DNA of 63,884 nucleotides, filler included, from an uncultured bacterium (GCA_964471275.1; 4 parts of 4 records of this genome joined end to end with filler, not necessarily neighbours in it), one strand, 5' to 3'; shown: positions 22,836 through 36,472, counted from the whole stretch's first letter. Notes: generated by a model from the sequence alone, not told the origin. Numbers and translations are program-made.

Positions 22836-24545
22836 TCAGGAAGCGGCGACCTGACCAACCTCCCGCTTGTCCAGGTCTGCGGCATCGAGGATGGCGTATC
22901 GGTAGCCCTGCTCGGTCAGGAACATCTGCCGGTTTCGAGCGAATTCCTGCTCTCTTGTATCCTTGGTTACTAGCGTGTAGAAATGCGCGAGGTTCTCCCC
23001 CGATTTCGGTCTGAGAATCCGTCCCAATCGCTGTGCCTCTTCCTGTCGGGATCCGAAGGTTCCGGAGACCTGGATGGCAACGTTCGCGTCCGGGAGGTCG
23101 ACAGCGAAGTTGGCAACCTTGGAGACGATCAAGAGACCGAGGTCGCCATTCCTGAATTTACGGTAGAGCTCGTCACGCTCATCATTGGGCGTTTTGCCCT
23201 GGATGATCGGGGCACCGAGCTCCTTGGCGAGCGCTTCCAGCTGATCCAGATACTGTCCGATGACCAGGATCTGATCGGCTTTGTGTCTATCCACGAGTTC
23301 TCTTACGATACGAACCTTGTCTGGATTTTCTGATGAGATCCGGAATTTCATACGCCCGCCAGCGACAGCATATTCCATGCGTAGTTCATCGGGCAGCAGG
23401 ATCCGGACCTCCAGACATTCCGCCTGGGCGATCCAGCCCTGGGTCTCCAACTCACGCCAGGGAACATCGAAACGCTTCGGCCCGATCAGGCTGAACACAT
23501 CTGTCTCGAGCCCATCTTCCCTGACGAGCGTAGCGGTCAATCCGAGGCGTCGCCTTGCCTGTATTTCCGCCGTGAACCGGAAAACGGGCGCAGGGAGCAG
23601 ATGTACTTCATCATAGATGATCAGACCCCAGTTGCCCTGGTTGAAGATCTCGAAGTGAGGAAACGCCCCCCCCTTCTTTTTTCGGTAGGTGAGGATCTGG
23701 TAGGTCGCCACGGTGATCGGCCGGATCTCTTTCCGCTCTCCTGAATACTCTCCGATCTGATCTTCCCGCAGCGTGGTCTTGTCCAGAAGTTCCTGCTTCC
23801 ACTGTCGCGAGGCCGTGATGTTCGTCGTCAGGATAAGGGTCTGACATTGATACTGGTTGAGTACGGCCATACCCACGATCGTCTTCCCTGCGCCGCAGGG
23901 CAGGACAATCGTGCCGCTTCCTCCCTCGGGGCCTCCGCCGGCATAGAAAATCTTGGCTGCTTCCGTCTGGTAGTCCCGAAAGGAGAAGGGCTGATTGGCC
24001 AGCGTGATGTCGCGTGTTCCCAGCGTGAGCGGGGTTCCCGGGAGATAGCCTGCCAGGTCTCGAACCGGGAATCCGATCTTTGTGAGGGCCTGCTTGAGGT
24101 GGCCGCGATAGAGCGGGTCGACGCGAATACTCGTGTCGTCGATTTGATCCTTTAGATACCCGACAACTGCCTTGTTTCGTATGACTTCGATGAGCAGGTG
24201 GGGTTCATCTGTCGAGAGGACAAGGCCGTCAGCGTCTTTCTTGAGCTCCAGCCTGCCGTATCGACTGATAATCTCTGATATTTCGACGGAGACGTTCTGA
24301 GGTATGTCGTATTTGCTGTAGTTTTCGAGCGTCTGGTGGATTTCCGGTGCGCCCAATCCGGAGGCGGCAGCGTTCCACATAGAGAGGGGAGTGATTCGGT
24401 AGGTGTGGATGTGCTCAGGGCTCTTCTCGAGCTCGGCAAACCGTGCCAACTCGTCACGCGCCTCTTCATACTTGGGGCCGTTGACTTCGACCAGGACGGT
24501 CAAGTCGCTCTGCACGATCAACGGGTTTTCCGGGATGTATGCCAC
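22836..24545 (-). CDS. XPB/Rad25-type DNA helicase
   Basis: PLIVQSD..ELEKSPEHIHTY N-domain, LPCGAGKT, DEVH, TATLVRED, GSRQEEAQRLGRILR. Confidence 0.93.
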   Translation of the reverse strand: MAYIPENPLIVQSDLTVLVEVNGPKYEEARDELARFAELEKSPEHIHTYRITPLSMWNAAASGLGAPEIHQTLENYSKYDIPQNVSVEISEIISRYGRLELKKDADGLVLSTDEPHLLIEVIRNKAVVGYLKDQIDDTSIRVDPLYRGHLKQALTKIGFPVRDLAGYLPGTPLTLGTRDITLANQPFSFRDYQTEAAKIFYAGGGPEGGSGTIVLPCGAGKTIVGMAVLNQYQCQTLILTTNITASRQWKQELLDKTTLREDQIGEYSGERKEIRPITVATYQILTYRKKKGGAFPHFEIFNQGNWGLIIYDEVHLLPAPVFRFTAEIQARRRLGLTATLVREDGLETDVFSLIGPKRFDVPWRELETQGWIAQAECLEVRILLPDELRMEYAVAGGRMKFRISSENPDKVRIVRELVDRHKADQILVIGQYLDQLEALAKELGAPIIQGKTPNDERDELYRKFRNGDLGLLIVSKVANFAVDLPDANVAIQVSGTFGSRQEEAQRLGRILRPKSGENLAHFYTLVTKDTREQEFARNRQMFLTEQGYRYAILDAADLDKREVGQVAAS

Positions 24546-24905
24546 AGTTCAGGTTGCCTTCAGCTAATAAGAGTAAGAACCAAGGCGACGGTATCGTATT
24601 AGTCGTGCCAGAATCAGGTTTTCGAGTCGAGGACGAGAAGTGCCGGTAGAATACCTGGCGTGAGGGAGCGCTGAACGGTAGCGCACAGATCGTCAGAATC
24701 AGGTCGAAAGGAAGGTCAACTATAGGGAAATCAACGATATTTGTCAATTCTGTCGAACCGAATTCCAACACGATACAATTGGTTTGACTTGTTGGGATTT
24801 TTACATAGCTTTATCCACTGATTGCGGCGTAGGCAGCGAATGTGGCCGCATATGGGGCATATTTAATTGCGGGCAGATCTGGCCGTTTCGTGGAGGGGGG
24901 GCAGG

Positions 24906-25097
24906 ATGGAGAATCAGTTTCCGAAGTGCCTGAAGTGTGATTCGGGAGATATGCTCCCGCTGTCCGATTACGGGAGAGAAGGCGCATCGATCAAGTATAA
25001 GGCCTGGGTTTGCAGTAACCCCGATTGCGGATTCAATCTCCGTATCGACAACGGTGAAATCAGCATGGGACGTGATATCACAGAATCCTACAAGTAG
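24906..25097 (+). CDS. Small putative zinc-ribbon protein (63 aa)
   Basis: CLKC...CSNPDC; purine-rich RBS. Confidence 0.75.
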   Translation: MENQFPKCLKCDSGDMLPLSDYGREGASIKYKAWVCSNPDCGFNLRIDNGEISMGRDITESYK

Positions 25098-25184
25098 CGA
25101 CCGATCACAACGATCTACAAGCGGAGCCGGGCAGGGAACACCTTGCCCGGTTCTTGTTTTGCCTGCAAGGAGATACGGCAAACC

Positions 25185-26228
25185 GTGACTGGGTTCTCGA
25201 AAACCGGTCCCGTTCTAGGGATCGAGACGTCGTGTGACGAGACTTCCGCGTCAGTTGTCTCCGGGTTGACAGTGTTGTCCAACGAGGTCTATACCCAGAC
25301 GGAGCACAGCCATTTTGGTGGTGTCGTTCCCGAGATCGCCTCCCGAAACCACGTGGTAAAGGGCACACCGATCGTAAGAGCAGCGCTGGCGTCAGCTGGT
25401 GTCGACTTGGCAGATCTGTCAGGGGTTGCCGTGACACAGGGCCCCGGTCTCGTTGGGTGCCTGCTGGTCGGGATATCGCTGGCCAAAGGGTTGGCGTGGG
25501 GATCGTCCTTGCCGATCATCGGAGTCCACCACATCGAGGGGCACCTGTTCTCAGCGTTTCTGGGTGAGTCGGATCTGGCGCCTCCTGCGCTGGCCTTGAT
25601 CGCTTCTGGCGGCCACACGGATCTGATTCTGGTCGAAGCGCTTGGTCGGTATCGTTATGTCGCCCGGACACGCGATGATGCGGCCGGGGAGGCTTTTGAC
25701 AAGGTCGCCAAACTTCTCGATCTGCTCGAGGCCGATGAGCCGACGATGGGAGGGCCCCGGCTGTCGAAGCTAGCAGAGGAGGGGAACCCCGAGGCCTACT
25801 CGTACCCGAGAGGCCTTCCGGGTGTGATGGAATTCAGTTTCTCTGGTCTCAAGACCGCCGTCCTCTACCACATTCGGAAGATGTCCGAGGGGGAGTTGGA
25901 TTCAGTTCGGGCGGATGTGGCAGCCAGCTTTCAGGCGGCCGTGGTTGATTCATTGGTGACGAAGGCGATCAACGCTGCCAGATCGGTCGGTGTCGAGAGG
26001 CTGATCCTCGCAGGTGGCGTTGCGGCTAATAAAAGACTACGATTGAGCATGCAAGATGCGGCCGATGCAAACGAGATGACGATGATGGTGCCCGATCCAT
26101 CCCTCTGTACCGACAATGCGGCCATGGTAGGGGCGGCGGGTGCCTTTCGCCTCTCCCGGGGTGAGATCTCCTCGTGGGATCTCAATGCGGATCCACGCCT
26201 CGTGCTTCCGGGCAGTCAGGAGACCTAG
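25185..26228 (+). CDS. tsaD: tRNA threonylcarbamoyltransferase TsaD
   Basis: [56 protein letters not shown]. Confidence 0.97.
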   Translation: MTGFSKTGPVLGIETSCDETSASVVSGLTVLSNEVYTQTEHSHFGGVVPEIASRNHVVKGTPIVRAALASAGVDLADLSGVAVTQGPGLVGCLLVGISLAKGLAWGSSLPIIGVHHIEGHLFSAFLGESDLAPPALALIASGGHTDLILVEALGRYRYVARTRDDAAGEAFDKVAKLLDLLEADEPTMGGPRLSKLAEEGNPEAYSYPRGLPGVMEFSFSGLKTAVLYHIRKMSEGELDSVRADVAASFQAAVVDSLVTKAINAARSVGVERLILAGGVAANKRLRLSMQDAADANEMTMMVPDPSLCTDNAAMVGAAGAFRLSRGEISSWDLNADPRLVLPGSQET

Positions 26229-26230
26229 GA

Positions 26231-28363
26231 GTGAGTGTAGCGGGCTATACCGTCGATCTCAGTGTGACCGATGGTTGGTGGTCGCTTCTCCTCCTTGCTG
26301 CCGTCACCATCCTCGCATACCGTGCCTACCGACCGTCCCATACCCGGAAGGGCCCCCACGCCGCACTCTTTCTTCTCCGCCTCAGTGTCCTCCTCTTGAT
26401 GACGGGGTTGTTTGTTACCCCGAGGTTGAGGGTCAGTGCTAGCGGTGTTCGACTTCCCCTGCTTGCAATCCTGGTCGACGATTCCGAGAGCATGCGGATC
26501 CTCTCCGGAGACCAACCGAGGCACGCCGTCGTTTCCAATCTGCTTGGCGAAGGCCTTGAGGACCGCGTCTCGGGGCGCGCGCGGATTCGAACCTTCCGGT
26601 TCTCTGAGACACTCACCGAGGATTCAGTTCCCGATTCCCTGCTGTGGCGGGGGTCGGCTACGGATATCGCATCCAGCCTCGGGCTGCTTTCGTCCCGTCT
26701 GCAGGGGGAGGGGCTGTCCGGGGTCGTCCTGATCTCGGACGGTGCACACAACCTAGGGCAGAGTCCGGTCGAGATTGCCGAGGCATTTGAGTCACCGATC
26801 TACACCGTCCCTGTCGGCGCCGAGCATCCACCCCGGGATGTCGCGCTCACAGCGGTGTCCCACCCCTCGCTCGGGTATGCCGATCAGAACATTCAACTCA
26901 AGGCATTCATCGAGGTTGTGGGTATAGACCGGGTCGATCATCTGATCCGTGTATACGACGGGGAGGAGGTCGTTGCCGCAGTGCCCCTTGTCCTGTCGAC
27001 TGGCGAAGAGGAGGTGAACATCGGACTCCGTCTGACCCAAGCGGGGCAGCGGTCACTGCGTATCCAGATACCCGGCCTTGAGGGTGAGGTCGAGCAGCAG
27101 AATAATGAGATCCTTTCGATCGTCGAGGTTCTGGCCAGCCGCGCACGTGTCCTGCTGACCGGGACACCATCGCTGGACTTTGCCTATCTCCGCAGGGTCG
27201 TGGAAGCGGATTCGAACGTTTCGGTGGAGACCGTATATCCGGACACTCCCCAGGGATGGGCATTCCGCGGACGAGCGAATCTTCTCAATGTCAGCCGGTA
27301 CGATCTGGTCATTCTTCACGATTTTCCTGGCGCCATTCTGACACCCGAGATCGAAGCGGGGCTCGAAGGTGCCGTGCGCGCAGGCGCATCGCTATTGGTC
27401 GTGGGCGGCCAGGAGGCGCTGATGCCCGGGTGGGCCGGCTCACGGATGAGAGCCCTCCTGCCTGCCAGGGCCGATAAACCCTACGTGGCGGGAATCACGA
27501 TGCCTCGCATTCCCAAGGGCGGTCCGCTTCATCCCGTTCTGAGAATCGCGGATGATATCGTATCGGTACGTGAAGCCTGGGAGAGTCTTCCGCCGTTTGT
27601 GGGAAGAAACAGAATCCGCCTGAAGGGCAGCGGAGCACGTCTGTTGCTCGAGAGCGGCGAAGGTGAACCTCTGGCCACGCTTCGAAATCTGGGCCGCGGG
27701 AAAGTGGCCGTGGTGGCTGCGAGAGGGCACGCGAGACAGGCCCTGATGATGTGGGGGATCGGGGACTCGGATCGTGTGACCCGATCCTTCTGGGAGCGAC
27801 TGACCCAGTGGCTTCTGACGAAGGAGGAAATCCAGAAGCTGCGTGTATTTACTGATCGGCTGACCTACCGCAGCGGCGAACCGATCACGTTTCGGGCAGA
27901 GTATTTTGATGATCTTCTGGAACCTGTCGACGGGGCAGAGATGATACTGGATGTGATCGGTGAACCGTCTCGAACGGCGATCCTGCCCGGACGGGGTAAC
28001 GGGATCTACTCCGGACGCCTTCAGGGGCTGAAGCAGGGCCGGTATGCCTACCGCGTAACGGCGAGATCCGAGGGCGGGGTGTTCGCAACTGCTGCCGGTG
28101 ATCTCACGGTCGGGCGTTACAGCGTCGAGTTCGAAAATCCGCTGTCGAATACCGGACTACTCGAGGAACTCTCGCGTAGGAGTGGAGGGAGGACGATCGC
28201 AGCGGACGCGCTGCCGGCCTTTCTGGACTCGATGAAGCTGTCCCCGCAGCCGCACGACTCTGTATACCGCCTGAATCTCTGGGGGCCCGCGTGGCCTCTA
28301 GTCTTCCTGATCTGCGCGCTCGCCGGTGAATGGTTTGTGCGTCGTCGAAGGGGGATGGTGTGA
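26231..28363 (+). CDS. Membrane-anchored vWA-domain protein with GATase-like/Ig-like domains
   Basis: N-terminal TMs, DDSESM MIDAS-like motif, VLISDG, C-terminal TM + EWFVRRRRG. Confidence 0.8.
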   Translation: MSVAGYTVDLSVTDGWWSLLLLAAVTILAYRAYRPSHTRKGPHAALFLLRLSVLLLMTGLFVTPRLRVSASGVRLPLLAILVDDSESMRILSGDQPRHAVVSNLLGEGLEDRVSGRARIRTFRFSETLTEDSVPDSLLWRGSATDIASSLGLLSSRLQGEGLSGVVLISDGAHNLGQSPVEIAEAFESPIYTVPVGAEHPPRDVALTAVSHPSLGYADQNIQLKAFIEVVGIDRVDHLIRVYDGEEVVAAVPLVLSTGEEEVNIGLRLTQAGQRSLRIQIPGLEGEVEQQNNEILSIVEVLASRARVLLTGTPSLDFAYLRRVVEADSNVSVETVYPDTPQGWAFRGRANLLNVSRYDLVILHDFPGAILTPEIEAGLEGAVRAGASLLVVGGQEALMPGWAGSRMRALLPARADKPYVAGITMPRIPKGGPLHPVLRIADDIVSVREAWESLPPFVGRNRIRLKGSGARLLLESGEGEPLATLRNLGRGKVAVVAARGHARQALMMWGIGDSDRVTRSFWERLTQWLLTKEEIQKLRVFTDRLTYRSGEPITFRAEYFDDLLEPVDGAEMILDVIGEPSRTAILPGRGNGIYSGRLQGLKQGRYAYRVTARSEGGVFATAAGDLTVGRYSVEFENPLSNTGLLEELSRRSGGRTIAADALPAFLDSMKLSPQPHDSVYRLNLWGPAWPLVFLICALAGEWFVRRRRGMV

Positions 28364-29485
28364 GCCGGGCCTGTGCGTGGATCTGCGTCGGTCTGGTTTG
28401 AATCGCATCGGTGCGTGTTTCGGCCGACGTCCGTGTATCCGAAGTGATGGCCAACCCGCCGGGAAGCGAGTTCAGGAACGAGTTTGTCGAACTCATCAAT
28501 CTCGGGGGTGTGCCCGTTGATCTCGAAGGCTGGCGTATTGGTGACAGCGTCTCGAGCGATCTGCTTGTGTTTTCCGGGACGGGTTTACTGCTTCCGGGTG
28601 ATTGGCAGTGCGGTTTTGGATAACGCAATCCCCGATACGGTTCGCCTGATCGACAGATCCGGGAGCGTCGTCTCGCAGGTGACATACACGATCGGCGAAG
28701 ATGTCCGGTCGTATGAGCGGATCCTCTCGAGAGATGCTTGGCAGGACGAGAGGTGGGAGCTTTCGGCGTGGGTGGGCGGGTCGCCCGGGCGGCGAAACAG
28801 CATCAGTCCGAAGCAGTATGGCTTGTCCCTGGGGTTTGACGTCCCCCCGGACTCCGTCCTCACACACGACAGGCACGCTTGGGTGCGGCTGCGTGTCGAG
28901 AACAGAGGGTTTGCATCACGCGCGAGCGCCCCTCTTTCAGTCTCGTGGCATACCGCACGCAGGGAATTCGCGGTCGGTGCTCTTGCGCCTGAGGAGCATC
29001 ATGTGGTCGACTTCGCGATCCCGGGGCTGACGGGCCAGGCGGTTGACTTCTCTGCCAGCATCGAATCGTCTCAGGATGAGGATCATACGAATGATTGCGT
29101 TACGTGGGTTACTGCTTTTGGTGTCGCACCTGAGACGATCGTCATCAATAAGCTGATTCCCATCCCGGCCGACGGGATAGAATGGGTTGAGTTGCTTAAC
29201 CGATCGCCCCGGAGAACTGGATCCGGAACGCCCTGGACGAAGGGGGGACCGCCCGGCTGTCCGAACCGGGCCGCTTCTGCAGCGTGGACCTCCGAACTGA
29301 CATCCGTCCCGGGCCCGTTTGATGGTGTCGAGACCGGATCGGCTCTGGAGATCGCCTGGGATGGGAGAGATGACCACGGCCGGCCGGTTGCGCCAGGAAC
29401 ATATACTATCGTCCTAGAGTCATCCGGGTCCGAGGATCGGATATCCGGATTACGCATCTTGGCGTCCTACGCTAAAGGGTTGTAA
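28360..29485 (+). pseudogene. Decayed secreted lamin-tail-domain / FlgD-Ig-like protein
   Basis: GTG start overlapping the upstream stop; in-frame TGA 28399; LTD motif SEVMANP..EFVELIN; frameshift near 28600; second partial LTD EWVELLN; C-terminal WDGRDDHGRPVAPGTY. Confidence 0.75.
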
Positions 29486-29588
29486 ATGAGGTGGATAGGA
29501 GAATAGGCTACACGAAGACTCTCCAATTTCGTATGTTAAATATTCAGGTGTTTCCCCAAATACCTGATCTTTCTCCCCTTCGATCGAT

Positions 29589-32038
29589 GTGGCGACCCAA
29601 ATGGCTAGATCATCGAAGACAGATTCACTGGATGACCGGCATGGCCTGATGATACAGGTTCTTGGCGTCCTCCTCCTCGCGGTTGGGCTGCTTTGTCTCG
29701 TCAGCCTAGTTTCGCATTCGCCCGAGGACCCTCCGAATTCGAGCCGACCACCCGAACTGTCAGAGAACCTGGCGGGTTGGTTTGGCGCGCATCTTTCCTA
29801 TCGGCTTCTGTTTATGGTCGGTTTCGGCGGCTACGCCCTGAACGGCCTTCTCTTTGTGTGGGGATGGTTTCTGTTCCGGAGAGAGCCGCTGATCAAGCTC
29901 GGATGGCAGACGGTCTCCGTTCTCGTTCTGATGGCCCTGTTCTGCGCAGCGTCCGGCGTTCCTTCCAGCGGCCGTACACATCAGGCGTTCCAGTTTGGTG
30001 GTTGGCTCGGCGTGACGCTCTCGTCCCAGCTTCTCGTGCCTTATCTCGGGCTCGTCGGCTCCGCGATCTTCCTCGGAACAACGCTGATTGTCCTGGCGAT
30101 GGTGGCCACGGATCTCCCGATCGCAAGACTTCCTGAGCTGCTGGGTCGAGGGGTGTGTGCAGGCGTGAGCGGGGTGGCCGGCGGAGTAGGTCGTCTACTG
30201 GCCTGGATTGGCAACCTTCGGGCGGATTTGTTCGCCTGGCTGGTACGGAAACGGGATGCACGTCTGATCCGTAAAGAGGAGAGGGCCATTGCTCGGGCTG
30301 AGCAAGCGGAAGCTGAGGCGCAGGAGTGGGATGCCGAGGCAGATGACGATGAGGTGTCCGATGACTGGGAGGAGGGGGTCCCGGCCGAGACCATCGATCG
30401 TGAGGATCTCGCTGGCGGCCACACGTTTTCCGAGCCCGAATTACCGGCTGACCCGTTCCCTCTGCCTCAAACAATCATCAAGCCGAAGATCGTCACCAAG
30501 CAAAAGAAGAAGACAGATCAGAGCCCCGGTGTGGTCACCCGACCTTCACAATCTGTCGGCGAGATCGATTACGAGCTGCCTTCTCTCGATCTCTTGGACC
30601 CCCCCCCCAGGGGAATGACGAGGTCGATCGTGACTACCTGTTCGAAGGGGCGGAAACGCTCGAGAGGAGTCTTGAGAGTTTCGGTGTCGAGGGGAAGGTA
30701 AAGCAGGTGAATCCGGGGCCGGTGATCACGTCGTACGAGGTTCAGCCGCCTTCGGGTGTGAAGGTGAATCGAATCGTGAATCTCGCGGACGACCTCGCAC
30801 TGGCCATGAAGGCCCGGAGCATTCGTATTCAGGCACCGATTCCGGGAAAGGCGGCGGTCGGTATCGAGGTGCCGCGGCCAGACCCCTCGATCGTCTACCT
30901 GAGAGAGGTCCTCGAAGACCCCTCGTTCCAGAAATCGAGTGCCAAACTGATGATCGGTTTGGGCAAGACCGCAACGGGTGAGCCGATCTCGGCCGATCTG
31001 GCCAAGATGCCGCACCTACTGATAGCCGGTGCAACGGGCGCGGGCAAGTCCTTCTGTATCAACGCGTTAATCGCGAGTATTCTCTTCCGGCTTTCACCAG
31101 AAGATGTCCGGTTCATCATGGTCGATCCCAAGATGCTCGAACTGTCTCTCTACGACAGCATTCCGCATCTGTTCTCGCCCGTGGTTACGGATCCCAAGAT
31201 CGCCTCGGATGCTTTGAAGTGGGCGGTAGCCGAGATGGAGAATCGGTATCGTGCCATGTCTCAGTATGCCGTTCGAAACATCAACGAGTACAACGCCAAG
31301 CTGGACGCGCTGCGCGACCAGGCTGAAACCGAGGAAGAGCGGGCGGACGTCCCGGCGAGATTGCCGTTTCTGATAGTGGTTATCGATGAGCTCGCAGATC
31401 TGATGCTCACTGCGCCCCGCGATATCGAAAATTCGCTGGCCCGCCTGGCTCAGATGGCGCGTGCCGTTGGGATCCACCTTATCCTGGCCACGCAGCGACC
31501 ATCGGTCAACGTTATCACCGGTACGATCAAGGCTAATTTCCCATCCAGAATCGCCTTCCGCGTCGCCTCGAAGGTGGATTCACGGACGATTCTGGACACG
31601 AACGGTGCCGAAAAGCTGCTTGGCAACGGGGATATGCTGTTCCTGCCTTCAGGAAAACCTGAACCTATCCGTATCCACGGGGCGTATATAGAGACAGAGG
31701 AGACCGAACGCCTGGTGGCCGAGGTTTCGAGTCAGGGCGTGAAGCTCGATCGTGTTGAGTTCGGGGTCGGGGCAAACGACTTCGACTTCGAGGAAGAGCA
31801 GAGGGACGCCCGCTTCGATGAGGCCCTCCGGCTGGTCGTGGTGCATCAGCAGGGCTCCGCTTCGCTTCTGCAGCGACGGATGAAGGTGGGCTACGCGAGG
31901 GCAGCCAGGCTGGTCGACGAACTGGAGCGGGCAGGAATCGTCGGTGCGTCTGATGGGTCCAGCAAGGCCCGGCCCGTACTGGTGGAAGCAGACTATGTCG
32001 AACGCCTGGATCAGCTCGCGGAGGAGGAGGCAGATTAG
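29589..32038 (+). CDS. ftsK: DNA translocase FtsK, split by a frameshift in a C10 run (30599-30608)
   Basis: 4-TM N-domain; after the run the other frame reads QGNDEVD..LESFGVEGKVKQVNPGP into GATGAGKS, VIDELADLM and the gamma domain. Confidence 0.93.
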
Positions 32039-32042
32039 TGTT

Positions 32043-32696
32043 TTGCATGGATTAATCCATACATCGCTGGCCATTGCCGTGTTGGCGGGATCCCCCGTGT
32101 TAGCTATCGATGGGCCCGAAGTGATTGGCAAGGTTCAGAAGCAGTTCGACAAGCTTCGGACCCTGAGCGCACGGTTTGAGAAGCGGCATTTCTGGAAGCT
32201 TGTCGATCAGACACAGAGCGTCAAAGGCGAGCTCCACGTGGCGAAACCCAATCGATTTCGGCTCGAGTCCCGAATTCGTACGGTTGTGACAGACGGGAAG
32301 ACGGCGTGGAGCTTCGATCCCCAGAGCGAGCAGGTCCTGGTGAACGATTACGTTGCCGTGGAAGACGATCGAAGCTACGAGAAGCTGTTGTTTGATCTTG
32401 TCTTGCTGGGGGGGTATGAAGACCGTTTCACACCCGCATATGCGGATGAGGAGAAGGTGCGGGGGAGGCGCTGTCACGTCGTCGACTTGCGCTCAAATGA
32501 GCAAGATGCTTACATAGAAGCCGTTCGGCTCTGGATCGATCGAAAAGAGTGGCTGGTCAGACAGATCGAATACCAGAATATAAACGGTGATGTGACGACA
32601 TATGAGCTGGATCAGTTGAAGAAGAACAAGAAGCACAAGAAGGAAGTCTACCAGTTCCAGACCCCCGAGGGTGTTGAGGTCGTCGATTTGAGATAG
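32043..32696 (+). CDS. lolA: Outer-membrane lipoprotein carrier LolA-like protein
   Basis: Signal peptide, KPNRFR, VVTDGKTAW; usual position after ftsK. Confidence 0.8.
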   Translation: MHGLIHTSLAIAVLAGSPVLAIDGPEVIGKVQKQFDKLRTLSARFEKRHFWKLVDQTQSVKGELHVAKPNRFRLESRIRTVVTDGKTAWSFDPQSEQVLVNDYVAVEDDRSYEKLLFDLVLLGGYEDRFTPAYADEEKVRGRRCHVVDLRSNEQDAYIEAVRLWIDRKEWLVRQIEYQNINGDVTTYELDQLKKNKKHKKEVYQFQTPEGVEVVDLR

Positions 32697-32705
32697 GAGG
32701 CAGTC

Positions 32706-33819
32706 TTGGCCACCGATATTCAGGCAAGCGACGTTCAGTCGCGGCTCGAGGACTATCGAACGCGTGTCGATAACCTCGGGAGGTATCTTTGAATTAGACT
32801 CACGAAGGTCTCGCATTGAGGAATTGGAGAAACTGATGGAGGCCCAGAGCTTCTGGGACAATCAGGAGAGGGCGCGCGAGACGATCGATGAAGTCAATCA
32901 GCACAAGGATTGGGTGAACAGCTGGGAAGAAGTGAGCGCACGGCTCTTGGATCTGGAGGAGCTCAAGACGCTCTCGGATGAAGAGGATGATGAAGAAACG
33001 CTCGTCGAGGTCCATAGTGAATTAGCGGACCTCCTGACCGAGTTGGAAAACCTCGAGCTGAAGCATATGCTCGGTGATCGTGAAGACCGCTCAAACGCCA
33101 TCCTGACGATTCATCCCGGTGCCGGTGGTACCGAGGCTCAGGACTGGGCGCAGATGCTTATGCGCATGTATTCGAGATGGTCGGAGCGACGGGGCTTCAA
33201 GACAGACACACTTGATCTCTCGCCCGGCGACACGGCCGGCATCAAGAGTGCCACGATCGAGATTGGCGGTGAATTCGCCTTTGGCTACCTCAAAGCCGAG
33301 ATTGGCGTTCATCGTCTGGTTCGCATCTCTCCCTTCGATTCAAACAACCGACGACACACTTCCTTCGCTTCCGTGTTTGTCTACCCGGAGCCGACCGGCG
33401 ATATCGAGGTCGAGATTAAGCCAGAAGACTTGCGTGTGGATACCTACCGGGCAGGCGGCGCGGGCGGTCAGCATGTCAACAAGACGGACTCCGCGGTCCG
33501 GATGACCCACATCCCGACAGGGGTCACGGTTCAGTGTCAGAATGAGCGCTCACAGCACAAGAACCGGAATTCAGCAATGAAGATCCTGAAGGCTCGGCTC
33601 TACCAGCACTACAAGGATCAGGAGGATGAGAAGAAGGCCGAGCTGGAGAGCGGCAAGAAGAAGATCGAATGGGGATCGCAGATCCGGAATTATGTCTTTC
33701 AGCCGCAGCAGATGATCAAGGATGTCCGGACGGGTCTGGAGACTTCAGATATCCAGGGCGTGATGGACGGCAAGATCGACGACTTCATCAAGGCTTTCCT
33801 GGTCGAGTACAACAGCTAA
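32706..33819 (+). CDS. prfB: Peptide chain release factor 2 with programmed +1 frameshift
   Basis: AGGAGG-N5-TTG start; GGGAGG-TAT-CTT-TGA shift site 32778-32792; SPF and GGQ motifs in +1 frame. Confidence 0.97.
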
Positions 33820-33859
33820 ACTGTTGTTTTCTCTGACTGATAAGGAAAACTTGGGTTTC

Positions 33860-33888
33860 TTGACAGATTTTTGATGTTTGGTTATAAT
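33860..33888 (+). promoter_or_regulatory. Consensus sigma-70 promoter of lysS
   Basis: TTGACA-N17-TATAAT. Confidence 0.85.
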
Positions 33889-33949
33889 CTTTGTTACTGA
33901 AAATCAGGTAGTTACGCGTTTTTTTTGGGGGGGTATTCAGGAGGTGGGA

Positions 33950-34498
33950 TTGAGTAAGCAGGAGGGCGAGGCGCCCGAGTCTGGGTTGATCGAACAGCGT
34001 TTGAAGAAACTGGACGCGATTCGAGAGCTCGGTCACGAACCCTATCCATACCGGTTCCAGCCTACCCATTCGACTACCGAACTGAGAGCTGATTTCGAGG
34101 CCTTGGCCGCCTCCACCGAGGAGGTATCCATTGCCGGTCGGCTGATGGTAACACGCGGGCACGGCAAGGCGGCTTTCGCTGACCTGCGGGACGGTGAAGG
34201 CCGATTTCAGATCTACGTGAAGCTGGACGTCGTCGGCGAAGAGACGTTCGCGCTTTGGAAACTGTTGGACATCGGGGATTTCCTCGGCGCTTTCGGAACA
34301 CTCTTTCGCACCCGGACGGAAGAGATGACGATCGAGGTGCACGGTTTCGAGATCCTGAGCAAGTCGATTCGTCCGTTGCCTGTGCCGAAGGAAGAGGTCC
34401 GGGACGGGGAACGCATCGTTCATGATCAGTTCGCGGACAAGGAGCTGAGGTATCGACGTCGCTACCTTGATCTGGCATTGAACCCGGATGTATGTAAC
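33950..34498 (+). CDS. lysS: Lysyl-tRNA synthetase (class II), truncated at contig end
   Basis: OB-fold AGRLM..RGHGKAAF..DIGDFLG, RYRRRYLDL; follows prfB. Confidence 0.95.
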
Positions 34499-34598
34499 NN
34501 NNNNNNNNNNNNNNNNNNNNNNNNNNNNNNNNNNNNNNNNNNTTAATTAATTAANNNNNNNNNNNNNNNNNNNNNNNNNNNNNNNNNNNNNNNNNNNN
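34499..34598. other. Artificial contig-joining spacer
   Basis: N44-TTAATTAATTAA-N44. Confidence 0.97.
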
Positions 34599-34649
34599 GC
34601 GGTGACACCCGGCGAAAGGGCTCCCAAAACAATCTAGGAGGCCAGTAGG

Positions 34650-36443
<1,794 letters not shown>

Positions 36444-36472
36444 AGTCGGCACGAAACGGGTCTGCATAGTAT

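Noticed and set aside
33919..33933. T8G7 tract in the lysS leader as a phase-variation switch
   Set aside because: Lies outside the promoter spacer and the RBS, so no evident functional effect
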